From assembly GCF_006345805.1 (NCBI RefSeq), contig NC_043014.1:9424001-9488000 (forward strand): a stretch of 64,000 nt of DNA, given 5' to 3'. The notes beneath the pieces were generated by a model. The model was not told the origin of the DNA. It saw only the letters and a program-made list of their open reading frames with translations, and ran no database searches. Made by a program: the position numbers and the translations under genes. Within the stretch, counting starts at the first letter, position 1. The number at the start of each line of letters is the position of its first letter. The DNA is from Octopus sinensis. Lineage: Eukaryota. This document shows positions 39,548-53,708 of the stretch, piece after piece.

Positions 39548-40789
39548 TGTGAATCTTGGCTGGTGGGGGTGCTTACCTCCCCTTCACAAACATAAGGACA
39601 CAGGGGGAAAATGTGCCAAAGCCGACAGGAAGCGTTCGATGCTTCCTAGGGCTAGACAGCGGTGGTGTGATTCCCATACGGGACTCGCGTTGGGTTGACG
39701 GTATACAACCACTCTCGCTCTCTCTATATATATGTATATATATGTGTGTCAAAGAAGAAAATGGAGGAGATGATCCCTCAACAAACATCAGCCTGCACGC
39801 CCTTCATCTGGATCAATTTATTAATTACAATCATATGTATGAGTAAATAAATAAACAAGTAAATAAAAAACACATAAATGAATATGAATGAAGTAGTGAA
39901 TAATATTATATTCTTACAGCCGTTTCTACTTTGGGGTTTCCAACTTGCCAACGTTTACACATCATACCAGTATTTTATAGAGATTTCACAAAGGTTGAGC
40001 AAAAATTGGTCAGGGGTTGGACAATAATTGAGCCCCAAAGCTTCTTCAGAGAATCCATAATGATAAGAATCAAACTTACGAGGAAGAAACATAAAATAAT
40101 AAAATAATAAAAATATTAAGGGAATGGTAAAAAATTTTCAGAGGTTATGAGATTCCATCTTATGGCCCAAAAGTCACTTCCCGAAGCAATCGCCATTGAT
40201 TGATTATCTTCAGTTTCTCCTTTGGTTTATAAATCCTGAATAAATTTCTTGTTTACTCTCACTCGTACATATTATTCAGTTGCGCTACTGCCCTATAACT
40301 GTAAGGATTTGGATATAGATACATAGATATACATCCAGTGGTATATCGGATATGTATTATACCTTAGATGGAAAGCGGGGAGAGTTGGAACCCCTGCTGT
40401 ATCATTTCCAGCTGGCCACATCTTCGTAGTCTCCGATTCATCTTGCCGAGTTATAGCTTACAGCGTTTACAACGTTCATCGGACTTTGAGCATCAGACGT
40501 GATGTTTGAATTTTAATACCCGGGGCGAATGACTGTGATGCAAGTAAATCTTTTCCAATATTCAGGTGGCTAAATATCAGCTAACTTTTTTCTCAACCAC
40601 AATATTAATCTCAATGTTCTGCAACGTCGTTGACTCTTCCCCAATGCATAAAGTTGTTCCCGAAAAAAGGAGACATTGAAATCGTCAAATTTATCATGAA
40701 CACGCTGTATATGTATGTTTTGGAGGGCGCGCGTGTATGGCTTATTTACCTGCAGTTTTTACGGTTAAAACTCGCATCACAATTATATT

Positions 40790-41198
40790 CTTTTACTCTT
40801 TTACTCTTTTACTTGTCTCAGTCATTTGACTGCGGCCATGCTGGAGCACCGCCTTTAGTCGAGCAAATCGACCCCGGGACGTATTCTTTGTAAGCCCAGT
40901 ACTTATTCTATCGGTCTCTTTTGCCGAACCGCTAAGTGACTGGGACGTAAATACACCAGCATCGGTTGTCAAGCAATGCTAGGGGGACAAACACAGACAC
41001 ACAAACACACACACATATATATATATACATATATACGACGGGCTTCTTTCAGTTTCCGTCTACCAAATCCACTCACAAGGCATTGGTCGGCCCGGGGCTA
41101 TAGTAGAAGACACTTGCCAAAGGTGTCACGCAGTGGGATTGAACCCTGAACCATGTGGTTGGTTAGTAAGCTACTTACCACACAGCCACTCCTGCGCC
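40790..41198 (-). mobile_element. SINE family A, full length
   Basis: Head GGCGCAGGAGTGGCTGTGTGG, B box GGTTCAATCCC, internal microsatellite, (GAGTAAAA)n-like tail. Confidence 0.92.
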
Positions 41199-42149
41199 TA
41201 TGTATGAACTCGGAAAATTTTTAGGAATGGCTTGAATAGGAAATATTGAACCTTTTTTTAAAATATCTAACGTATTTCTGTTTCTTCGAATTGAAGGATT
41301 TATCTAATGTTAAATAAGCAACGCAGGTAATTACAGGCTTCATAGAGGGGGAACCTTTAAATATTGAAATATCTCAAGATCCTAGCAAGCATGTGTTTTT
41401 TTTCTTTTTAAGGAAAATAGCTGGAATGAAACACATTTAACAGGAAAATATTTTCTATAGTAAACAGCAGAAACATTTTAATGCGAAGCCCCATTTTTAT
41501 AAGAAACATGTCCTTCTAATTCTGGGTTAGGCTATTACATATTATAAAATTGCATAACATTTGACGTTTTTTCTCTCCCTTATTCCATTATATATTTATT
41601 CCTAATGTAATCTGTTCTTAATCGGTTTATGAGCAAAGATATACAGCATATTAAAGAGAGAAAAACGAAAACAGCAATTATTATTGCAATTTTTCATTTT
41701 GAACTACATATCCTAAAATATGGTTAATTGGATTTTAAACAGAAACCTGAGAGCCGTTTTAATATTCACATTATACAGGAAAACATGCTTTTAAAACCCT
41801 GCCAGCAGCATCTGCTCTTCTAGAAGATTTGTAAATTACGTTGTTATTTAAAATATGGCAGATAGAAGAGAACTTTTTCCTACCCAGGGCAGATGTGGTC
41901 CACTATATTCTCAGGCCAATCAATGTCTTGTGAATGGATTTAATAGAGAGAAATTGTGGGAAAGCTTGTCCTTGGTATTATGTATGTGCCTATCCGACGC
42001 CCAAGTTCAACAACAAAAAATAATAATATAGAGCAACTTAACACCTGGCATCTACTAGCTTCCACCAAAACCTTCAAGGCGATGCTCCAGCATGGCCGCA
42101 TTACAATGGCCTAAACAAGTTCTGAGATTGAAAAATAGCGATTTTCTAT

Positions 42150-42369
42150 TATTTACATTATTTACATCCGACGGATATTTGTCTTCATCTTGTTTTTTGT
42201 TCTTCAGGTGTCTTGGGGTATTTTCGAACCTGGGTTCTCATTCCTAAGGTATTTTACGATGTTATTATTATTATTATTATTATTAGTGTTCAGGTCACTG
42301 CTTGGAATCGAACTCGGAATCTTGGGGTTAGTAGGCCGCGCTCTATACCACTATGCTATATGCCCGTGA
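42150..42369 (-). mobile_element. tRNA-derived SINE with internal (AAT)n
   Basis: Head GGGCATATAGCATAGTGGTATAGAGC..GAGTTCGATTCC. Confidence 0.65.
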
Positions 42370-43142
42370 GCGGAACGTGGCATTGGTCGGCACGTGGCTA
42401 TAGTGGAAGTCTCTTGCCCAAGGTGCCACACAGTAGGACTGAACCTGGAACCATGTCATTGATAAGCAAGCTACTTACCACAGAGACACACCTGCACCTA
42501 TGTAGATAATATGTAGATAATATATAAGATTTTCGTTCAGCTGAAAATTCACGTCTTATTAGGAAAACAAAATTCGAAAATATGAATCAAGGAATACATG
42601 TTTTGTTATATTTCAATAAATCTATTTCTATTAGCTCATGAATTATTTTCTCAAATTACATTAATCCGTCTAGACTTTGTAAATACAAAGTAATTACTAA
42701 CGTCTTCTGATAAATCTATGACAACAGTGAAATATCAATCGATTTAGGATTTTGTATTGATATTCATAAACTGTATTCAAATATTCTCCAAACCATTCTG
42801 CGTTTGATTACATAATGATATTTCACTCAATTTTCTACATAATTATATCAAAATAAATTATGAGACGTATTTTCTGCGTAAAAAAATAAAGATAAACTAA
42901 AGTTTGGACATTTAAATATGTAGAACACGCAGCATTCGTTTTGAGTTATTTTGGCTACTTTTAACGAATCTATTGTAAAATATTTCAAAACAATTATATA
43001 TTTATTTATTTATTGTTTTTTTTTCATTCATTGATTAAATTTATGTATTTAGTCATTTATTGATCCATCTATCTATATTGATACATGAACATATAGTTAT
43101 ATTTATATGTATGGGTGTCTGCTCTGGTGTACGTGTACATAT

Positions 43143-43193
<51 letters not shown>

Positions 43194-43295
43194 TCGTTCC
43201 CCTTCTCTGTCTCTCTCTCTCTTTCTATAAATATATATATATATACATACATATATATATATATATTATATATATATATACATATATATACATAC

Positions 43296-43342
<47 letters not shown>

Positions 43343-43553
43343 AATATATATACATACATATATATATATATACATGCATATATATATATATATATAGATA
43401 CATATACATATATGTGTGTGTATCTGTGTACACATACAGAGAAGAATACAGAGATTGATGGATGAATAAACTTACATTGAGTTATATAATTTCATACACA
43501 GACACGTATATATATACACACACACACACATATATATATACACAAACACACAC

Positions 43554-43634
<81 letters not shown>

Positions 43635-43939
43635 TAGATATTGTATTTGGACACTGACAAATCCCATGCTAAGACATCTTTATATCTTTTAACAGTTCCT
43701 TCAAGAAGACAAATGAAATCTGTCAATATAGAAGATGTGACAATAGGCGTTATTGCATTAATATGGCGACACCAATACATCTCCATACAAATTTGGTGGA
43801 AAAGAGTAAAACTCCCTGAAAAGAATGGGCGATCAAATATTCTTCCAATATGACATTTTACATAAGGTAGTCATGGGTCGCAACATACTCTAAAGGAAGA
43901 TTAATTGATATTATGAAAATCATTAATAATAGAAGCCTG

Positions 43940-43996
<57 letters not shown>

Positions 43997-44251
43997 CATA
44001 CATATAAACACACACACATACATACATGCATACATACGTACATACATAGAATACATATATATATATACACGACATGTATCTTTTAGTTTTTGTCTATCAA
44101 ATCCACTCACATGGCTTTGGTCATCCCGAGGCTATATTAGAAGAGACTTACTCAAGGTGCAGCGCAGTGGGACTGAAACAGGAACCATGTGGTTGGGAAG
44201 CAGGTTTCTTACCACACAGACACGCATATATATATATATATATATATATAT

Positions 44252-44510
44252 TATTAAATTAGAGATAAAACCACTAAAATTTAAAATTTATAAGTTAAAA
44301 TTATTTTAATAATTTTTTAATTTTTAACTTTTATATTTTAAAATTAATTTTATGTATTGGCTTATGTTTTTCACTGTTTGATTTGCCTAATAGTGGTTTT
44401 ATCTCTAATTTAATATAATATAATATAATATATTTAGACTATAAAATGGGATTTAATCCTAAATCTAATTTTTCCCTGTAAGTTTGGATTTATTCCCTAA
44501 TATTATTATA
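44252..44510. mobile_element. PLE-type end with inverted terminal duplication
   Basis: TATTAAATTAGAGATAAAACCACTA (44252) inverted at 44391-44415; homologous to 7960-8030 and 8210-8260. Confidence 0.6.
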
Positions 44511-44525
44511 TATATATATATATAT

Positions 44526-44565
<40 letters not shown>

Positions 44566-44694
44566 TATGTGTGGCTGTGTGGTAAGAAGCTTGCTTCCCA
44601 ATACATACTGAGGTTGATAGGGAGCGACATATATGCAGGCAAATTTATTGACTGAAGTTTTGAAAGACATGAAAAGTGAAAGTAGTTAAGAATA

Positions 44695-44910
44695 GGAGGC
44701 GCAATGGCCTAGTGGTTAGGGCAGCGGACTCGCGGTCGCAGGATCGCGGTTTCGATTCTCAGACCGGGCGTTGTGTGTGTTTATTGAGCGAAAAAACACC
44801 TAAAAGCTCTACGAGGCTCCGGCAGGGGGTGGTGATCCCTGCTGTACTCTTTCACCACAATGGCGGTGCCCCAGCATGGCCACAGCTCAAGAGCTGAAAC
44901 TGGAAAAACA
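44695..44910 (+). mobile_element. SINE family B head with family-A-like tail
   Basis: Body jumps to ATGGCGGTGCCCCAGCATGGCCACAG. Confidence 0.8.
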
Positions 44911-45247
44911 AAAACAAACAAAACAACAATAGATTGAGACTAATCCATATATTAAAAAAGAAAAAAAACAAAAAAATCTTTCCCAATAGTAAATAGTGAG
45001 TGACGACTTCAAATTTCAAGTCCCGCCTTATGAATTGTAGTATGTACAATGACTATTAACTGAAATACAGCTAATGTATTGAATATTATATATGACTATT
45101 TCTGAGATATATACCGTAGTTGAATTCCTTGTGAAAATGAGGCTAAATCGTCATGATTTAACGAAACAATATTGATAAATTTCTTTAAAAAGTTTATTAA
45201 GTTCATTTACGCAATAAATTCCACGTAAGAAAATCTGAAAAAAAATA

Positions 45248-45629
45248 TCTCTCTCTATATAAACGGCAGTTTGTCTGCGTGTCTGTGTGTCTGATAGGTT
45301 GTACCCTGACCCTGACCACGGCTTTCAACCGATTCTGATGAAACTTGACACACACATAGCCCAATGTCATAATTCAAAACTAACGCAGCGAAAATTTTGA
45401 AAAAGTCCTCCAGTTCTGAAAAAAAATCGATAAATTCGACATGGGGTCGAGAATCAGAAACACAAACCACAGACTGTCTAGGGGACGCAACTCGACCTTT
45501 TTAACTCTCAAAAAAGATTTACCATCATTTTTTTTCCCATTTTTTTGCTATTTTTTGGCTATAACTCTCTAAAAATGCTTTATAGTTATTTCCCTTACAA
45601 ACTCGAGCAACGCCGGGCGATACTGCTAG
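45248..45629 (+). mobile_element. Non-autonomous Helitron
   Basis: 5' TC, 3' CTCGAGCAACGCCGGG hairpin + CTAG, between A and T. Confidence 0.88.
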
Positions 45630-46137
45630 TAATTTAATAAAAACACTGAGAAACATTGCGTCAAATGCAACTATGAAATGAAGAGGAAAGAAATGAAAGA
45701 GAGAAGCACTGAGAAAAATACAGAGAAAAGTGAAGCTCAGTTTCTGACAGAAATTGTTACTATTAATACCTACGGCGTTATTTTTTTGCTTTCAAAGGCG
45801 GCGAGCTGGCAGGGTCGTTAGCACGCCGTTCTGAGTTCAAATTCACTACAATCTGTCTTCGAAAATCCGCCGAAGTCGAATTTGCCTTTCATCCTTTCCA
45901 GGTCGATAAATTAAGTACCAGTGAAACACTGGGGTCGATGTAATCGACTAGTGCTACGAAATAGATCTGAGCACTTGTCGCTCCAGTAGAAAAGTCATTT
46001 TATTTCTTTCAGTTATTGGAGTGCAGACATTGAGGAACATGACAATGGAGGCTTTTATCCATGAAGTTTTAAGCCCGCTCTCTCTCTCCCTCTCTTTCTT
46101 CCCACTGACCATTTAACTTATTTAATTATTTTCTTGC

Positions 46138-46439
46138 GGAGGCACATGGCTTAGTGGTTAGAGCAGCAGACTCGAGGTCGAGAGATCACGGGTTCGAATC
46201 TCAGACCGGGTGATGTGTGTGTTTATGAGCGAGACACCTAAGCTCCACGCGGCTCCGGCAGAAGGTAACGGTGAACTTCTGCTGACTCTTTCGCCACAGC
46301 ATTCTCTCACTCACTCCTCCTGCATCTTGCAGCTCACCTGCGACGAAATGGCGTCCCGTCCAGGTGGGAAACCTATACGCCAATGAAACCGGGAAACCGG
46401 CCCTTATGAGCCAGGCGTGGCTCGAGGAGGAACAAACAA
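46138..46439 (+). mobile_element. SINE family B, tail type 1
   Basis: Homologous to 153-456. Confidence 0.87.
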
Positions 46440-46760
46440 TTATTTTCTTATTCATTCATTTATTTCGGAAGGTGATTGACTTAGTACTAAGATCAAACTA
46501 TTTTCAAAAGAACGATAGAAGGAAGATTCCAGTATTAATTTAGATGAATAAAAGTATAGATTAATAATTCGGCTCGGGTTGTAATGTCGTGAGTTCGATT
46601 CTTAACGTTGCGTTGTGTCCTTGATCAAGGGACTTTATTTGATGATATTCTCGTCGATTCAACTGCAAAAAATAAATTGTGCAATTAATCCATAGGGCCA
46701 GACTAGTCATATTCTGTCTCACATTGAACCTTCACGAGTGCTATGTTAAGGCTGCATTTA

Positions 46761-47076
46761 TTTATTATTTATTTATGCCCCCTTTTAAAGCCTAGACAGG
46801 ATCATGTGCCCAATTTCCTGGTTTTTGTGGCGTATGTGTTCCACCGAGCTTCACGGGAGGCCAAGTCCATCGCAGCGTTACTCGAGAAACGGGAAGAAAG
46901 AGTGAGAGAAAGTTGGGGCGAAAGAGTACAACAGGGATCGCCACCACCCTCTACCGGAGCCTCGTGGATCTTTAGGTGTTTTCGCTCAATATACACACAC
47001 AACGGCCGGTCTGGGAATCGAAACCGCGATCCTCCGAACGCGAATCCGCTGCCCTTACCACTAGGCCATTGCGCCT
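46761..47076 (-). mobile_element. SINE family B, tail type 2, nested in an older SINE
   Basis: TSD CTGCATTTA at 46752-46760 and 47075-47083. Confidence 0.87.
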
Positions 47077-47551
47077 GCATTTAACTGTTGCGTACTCTGC
47101 TACTTCCAAAATAATGTCACGAGCTGGCTGTTGCATTGATTAATTCAACTGGAACACCTGACTCCATGACTGACGGAGTGCCAATGAATTATTAATCTAT
47201 ACTTTTATTCACCTAAATTAATACTGACTATTCCTTCTATCATTCTTTAGAAAATAGTTCGATCTTAGTACGAATATATTTCTTTGAAGCCAGTTCCTTT
47301 GATGACCCTATTTTATTATTTAGTTTTATATCTTTACGATTCTATGAATTTATTTTTTAGTCTTTTAATAATTTGACATCGCTGTATTCAGAATCTGCTT
47401 CATTGAATCTGCGGTGATCTGTGGGCATTGATTCTTCAAAGCAAATCATAACTGGTGACCTGCTGTGTATATGTACCGCCTGTGAATATATATATACATG
47501 TATATATATATATATGTGTGTGTGTATATATATACACATACATAAATTTAC

Positions 47552-47608
<57 letters not shown>

Positions 47609-47853
47609 TAGATAGATAGATAGTTAGATAGATAGATAGTTAGATAGATAGATAGATATATAGATAGATATATTATGTATACATATTTAGGCGTTGACGT
47701 GGCTGCGTGGTAATCAGTTTGCTTCTCAACAACATAGTTCCTGGTTCACTCCCACTGCGTGGAAACCTGGGCAACACTATTCTACTTTAGCCTCAGGCCG
47801 GCTAAAGACCTGTGAGTGGATTGTTAGATCGAAACTGAAAGAAGCATGTCGTG

Positions 47854-47929
<76 letters not shown>

Positions 47930-48020
47930 GTTGGAATTTACAAAAAAATAAGCAAAAGACGAAGACGGGTGTGTAAACGACAAACAGCTAAATTTGTTTA
48001 ACACTCGGGAAGTGAGAATG

Positions 48021-48058
48021 TCTTTTACGTTTCGAGCCTACGCTCTTCGATAGAAAGG
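48021..48058 (-). ncRNA. Minimal HHR-like motif (U6 family) in PLE-type end (~47926-48270)
   Basis: CCTTT-CTATCGA-AGAGC GTAG GCTC-GAAAC-GTA-AAAGA. Confidence 0.6.
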
Positions 48059-48631
48059 AAGACAGAAATAAATGGAGAGACAAAATACAAATAAAAGGGT
48101 TGGTGGCTAGCGATCACTCATGGCGAATGCTGGACAGAAGTGGTCAGTCAAGAGAGCTAGGAAGAAGGGGAGACAATAAAGTAGTGGTGATCCGAAAACG
48201 AAGGTGAGCGTATGTGTGAAAGTGAGATTGGGAATATGCGTATGAATAGCGGCTGGTGACCTTGACGTGTGCGTGTGTGCATGTGTAGGTGTGTGGACGA
48301 TGCTGTGAGTGCTGGGAAGAGGTCAGTGATAGTGTGTGCGGGTGGTGTGATGTGGTGTGGTGTGGTATGGGGATGAGTGGTGTGGTGGTGAGGGAGGGGG
48401 TACATTGGCGGTGTGTGTGGGTGTCTTTGTTGTTTTCCCACCATTTCTCGACAAACGATGTTGGTGTGTTTACGCGTAAGTAAACTGGTAGAGAAATTTT
48501 ATGCTTACAAAAAATCAATCTAGATGTCGATTTCTGTGATTAGAAAGAAACCCCTTCAAGATGGTGAACTAGCATGGCTGCAGTTCAATGACTGACACAA
48601 GTAAAAGAATAAAAGCGTATATATATATATT

Positions 48632-48665
<34 letters not shown>

Positions 48666-48819
48666 CGTTTATTCTATATATATTTATATATATACGCTTT
48701 TATTCTATATATATATATATATATACACATATATAGGGAGAGTTTACGAAAAAAACAAAAGACAGGTGGTGTAGAAAACAGACAGATGTATTAGTATAAC
48801 GCTCAGGGATAGAAAAAAA

Positions 48820-48858
48820 TCTTTTACGTTTTTAGCCTACGCTCTTCTACAGAAAGGG
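48820..48858 (-). ncRNA. Minimal HHR-like motif (U6 family) in PLE-type end (~48733-48885)
   Basis: CCCTTT-CTGTAGA-AGAGC GTAG GCTA-AAAAC-GTA-AAAG. Confidence 0.55.
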
Positions 48859-49242
48859 ACACAGAAAAAACAAAGAGAGAAACGAATGTGTGGTGTGTGT
48901 GTGTGGTGTGTGTGTGTGTGTGTGTGTGTGTGTATTAAAACTAACAGACTGAGAAGTGTTGATGTTTTTGACAAGCATGAATCGTTCAGATGATTACTAT
49001 GTCCGCTTGACATCGTAACACACTCGTTATATGAATGTACACACGCAAACATATTTATTTTATGAACTAGCGAATGTTGATGTAATATTTATTGTATAAA
49101 TACAAGCTTATGAAACAGATGTACAGGAAGGGAATAAGCGTTTATTCTCTCACCCCATTCCTCTCGTCTTTTCTATTGACTGACATATTAGTGTGAAATG
49201 TGTGTGAGTGTGTGTACATACACGCACAAACATATATATATA

Positions 49243-49285
<43 letters not shown>

Positions 49286-49484
49286 CATATATATGTGAGT
49301 GGGTTGTGTAAATACATGTATATCTTTTTCCTATACGTTTCATTCACTTCAGTCGCCCCCAGTATTTTATAACATGGTCTAAATTTATCGATCCCGTTTT
49401 TCGAAAGGTTAGGTTGGACATAGACACACCAACACCGATAGTGAAGTGGTGCTGGGAAACTAACACTGACACAAATACTCAGGC

Positions 49485-49559
<75 letters not shown>

Positions 49560-49566
49560 ACATACA

Positions 49567-49607
<41 letters not shown>

Positions 49608-50344
49608 TTGCAAGAGAGTTAGAGGTTGTGAATCCAACCAACTAAGGGATAATATCTTTCCATTATACTGCTGGTAGAATGCCCGATTATTAATACACAA
49701 GTTATTTTTCATTGCATGGCAATTGCACTACTGAATGTAATAAATGAGTGAGGGAAAATATTTTTTACTCTTAATTTATACAGCAATAAGAGAATGGAAG
49801 GTATCAAGATGTGGTAATCATCAAATTTTAGATATTATATTATGTCTATTTATTATTATTAAAAAAAACCACAATTGTAACAATATAACAATATACAAAC
49901 ATTGAAACATATGTTTGTGTGTGTGTATTTGTGAGACTATGCTTGTCACTGCAACATCGCTTGACAACAAATGCTAGTGTGTTTAAGTGCCCATAACATA
50001 GTGGTTCGCCAAGAATGAACGATAGAATAAGAACAAGGTTTACAAAGAATAAGTCATGGGGTTGAGGTCGTTTTGCTCGACTAAAGGCCGTGCTCCAGCA
50101 TGGCCGCATTCAAATGACTGAAACAAGTAAAAGAATAAAGGAATAAAGAATATATGAACACACACACACACACACACACATATATGAGTGTGTGGGTGCT
50201 TATGTTTTTATTTTGTTATAGCGCCTGACTGTAGGATCGATAATTATGTAAATACATGCCTACACAGTGAAACACACATACACGCTTGCACACATACACA
50301 CACAAATACATACATACATGCGTACATATATAGTGATAGATAGC

Positions 50345-50390
<46 letters not shown>

Positions 50391-50393
<3 letters not shown>

Positions 50394-50688
50394 ACCGTGA
50401 TCACCGTGACCGACCAGGCTATCAGATGTTGTTACACATCGCTGGTCACAATGCGCTTCGCATTGTTTTAGCCTTCAAATGACGCCACCTCGCTGGCTAG
50501 GCGAGCAGGCCAACAGAAGAAAGGGTGAGAGAAAGTTGTGGCGAAAGAGTACAGCAGGGATCGCCACCACCCCCTGCCGGAGCCTCGTGGAGCTTTAGGT
50601 GTTTTCGCTCAACGCCCGGTCTGGAAAATCGAAACCGCGATCCTACGACCGCGAGTCCGCTGCCCTAACCACTAGGCCACTGCGCCTC

Positions 50689-50689
<1 letters not shown>
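50391..50689 (-). mobile_element. SINE family B, tail type 3
   Basis: Full head, inserted in a microsatellite. Confidence 0.9.
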
Positions 50690-50769
<80 letters not shown>

Positions 50770-50790
50770 GTACATATATATATATATATT

Positions 50791-50861
<71 letters not shown>

Positions 50862-50877
50862 GTACATATATATATAT

Positions 50878-50952
<75 letters not shown>

Positions 50953-50960
50953 TATAGATA
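50690..50960. repeat. (GATA)n microsatellite
   Basis: Directly visible. Confidence 0.97.
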
Positions 50961-51224
50961 AGAAGGGTTAGAACAAGGCAAAGGTATATTCTAAATATGA
51001 AACAGGCTTCAAACAAATGCGTTTCGACACGAAATATCGTAATTTTATGTGAAAGTGTTCGTTTGTATTCTCCCCCGTATGTCATTATTAACCCTTTTAA
51101 AGTCCACGCGAATTGGGATTTGGAGATATGATAATCGAGATCATCATATAATGCCATCAGCTAATGACTTAATAATAACTATATAAAATTAACTTTACTG
51201 AAGATCATTCAATAACCCATCATA

Positions 51225-51570
<346 letters not shown>

Positions 51571-52873
51571 CGTATGTATGTAGCATGTATGCGTGTATGT
51601 ATGTGTGACATCATAGTCAAAGGTCCATAGGAGCTGTAATAAATATAATACTATGACATAATACTAAATCAATTCAAATTAACAGTTGAAAGCAGTTAAC
51701 AAGCTGTAGGTTTCATGCATAAATGTTCAAACGAACGTGCTGATACGAATTACTGAGGAAGAATGAGGTATCAATGAAAATACGCGCAAATTATGTGTTT
51801 GTACCAACTCTAGTATATATATGAAGAGGTGTTAACATAGGATATTAATCCAAGTGAAATACTTCTTAAGCTCTCTGCAGATACATGATACACATGGTTA
51901 ACAAAAAACATTTGTCTCGATATTGTAGTCCCGATAATGCGAAGTCGAAAATCTAAGTCGACAGTCGAAGACCATCACCAGTTAGGGTTTTAAATCCATG
52001 GTTGCTTTACCCAGTAAACATCAAGGCTTTTATATCATTCCCACGATAATTAATCATGTGAACAAATGGATATGATAACCGCACCCACACAACACCCCAG
52101 TCCAACAGATTAACGATAAAACATATCTAAATATAATAATGATTAAGTATATAAACATATTTAAATATAATAATCTATTACATGCTTGAATTACAGATTC
52201 CATTTCCTTGTCTTTTCTTTCTAATTTCTGGATAAGAATGATCCCTTTTATTTTACTTTTTTCTTTTTATTATCATATACCCATTCCATTAATTTACCCC
52301 TTCATTTTCCTTTTCCATTTTATTTTGCTTCGTTTTCTTTTCCCTTCCTATTGTGGGTGTATCTTCTTCACTTAGCACTTGTGTAATTTATTCTACCATT
52401 CTATTTAAGAATCATATCTTAACCTTTGCATTGCAGCTGTACCAACGATACCTACTTGTATAATTTCGAATACTTATAACCTTAGTAATACTCTTTATTC
52501 ACTTGTTTTCTGTGGTGCCATGTCTTTTCCCTCGACGTCATTTTTCAAACGTCTGTCTGCCCCCAACTTTTGGTCCGCCATCTTGTTCTCCAATTTTAGA
52601 TAAACTCTTTAGAAAATAAGGTGAAATATCTAATAATATACTTACAGAACTATATCAAGCTTCGTTATAAGATTCTTTTTATCGTTCCTTTTCCTCATCT
52701 TTTTCCTTCTATCTTTTAAGTATGGGGTTGTGTATAGCGAGTGATGTAAATCTAATTTAGAGAATTTTAATTTACCAATTCCGAAATGACAAAGTTCATA
52801 GTTCAAAGTTCAAATGAAACGTAGTTGATGAAAGTAATTACATCTACGATGTTCATCCAAGAATGTTTATGTT

Positions 52874-53313
52874 TACTCTTTACTCTTTTACTTGTTTCAG
52901 TCATTTGACTGCGGCTATGCTGGAGCACCGCCTTTTTAGTCAAAGAAATCGGCTCCGGGACTTATTCTTTGTAAGCCTAGTACTTATTCTATCGGTCACT
53001 TTTGCCGACCCGCTAAGTAACGGGGTCGTAAACATACCAGTATCGGTTGTCAGGCGATGTTGGGGGGACAAACAGACACACAAACACATACACACACATA
53101 TATACACACACACATATAAATATATATATATATTTATATATATATATATACGACAGGCTTCTTTCAGTTTCCGTCTACCAAATCCACTCACAAGGCTTTG
53201 GTCGGCCCGAGGCTATAGTATGAGACACTCGCCCAAGGTGACACGCAGTGGGACTGAACCCGGAACCGTGTGGTTGGTAAGCTGGCTACTTACTCCACAG
53301 CCACTCCTGCACC
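52874..53313 (-). mobile_element. SINE family A
   Basis: Matches 40790-41198. Confidence 0.9.
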
Positions 53314-53676
53314 CATAATTTTATGTTTATTAATTTTTTTCAATTTTTTTGTTTTGTTTTATTGAGGTTTAAACAGATTTCAGTTGAGGGAGATTACTAA
53401 AAGTACCGGTATTTCTCGTAAAACAGAGGGAGATAACCAATTTTTAAAATCAACAAGTACTATATATTCTAAATATCAGACTTACAACCTTACAGAAATG
53501 CAATATCGCGATTGGCTCTGTGGTAAGAAGTGTGCATTCCTACTATATTACTGCGGGTTCAATACCACTTTGTTACATCTTACGAATGGATCTTCCAGAT
53601 GGAATACAAAGACGAAAAACCTGCTGTATAATATATATATATGCTTATATAATAAATAGTAAATAACATGTAGTAT

Positions 53677-53708
<32 letters not shown>

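Noticed and set aside
42195-42215. Minus-strand ACAC-CTGAAGA half-core inside a SINE
   Set aside because: The rest of a hammerhead is absent in this copy; worth checking only in the family consensus.
43700-43900. Possible PLE RT remnant (FQYD..VVMG)
   Set aside because: Similarity too weak to call by eye.
44695-44770. tRNA gene calls for SINE heads (also 38704, 42290-42369, 46138)
   Set aside because: A/B boxes are present but there is no paired acceptor stem, and the sequence continues into a SINE body.
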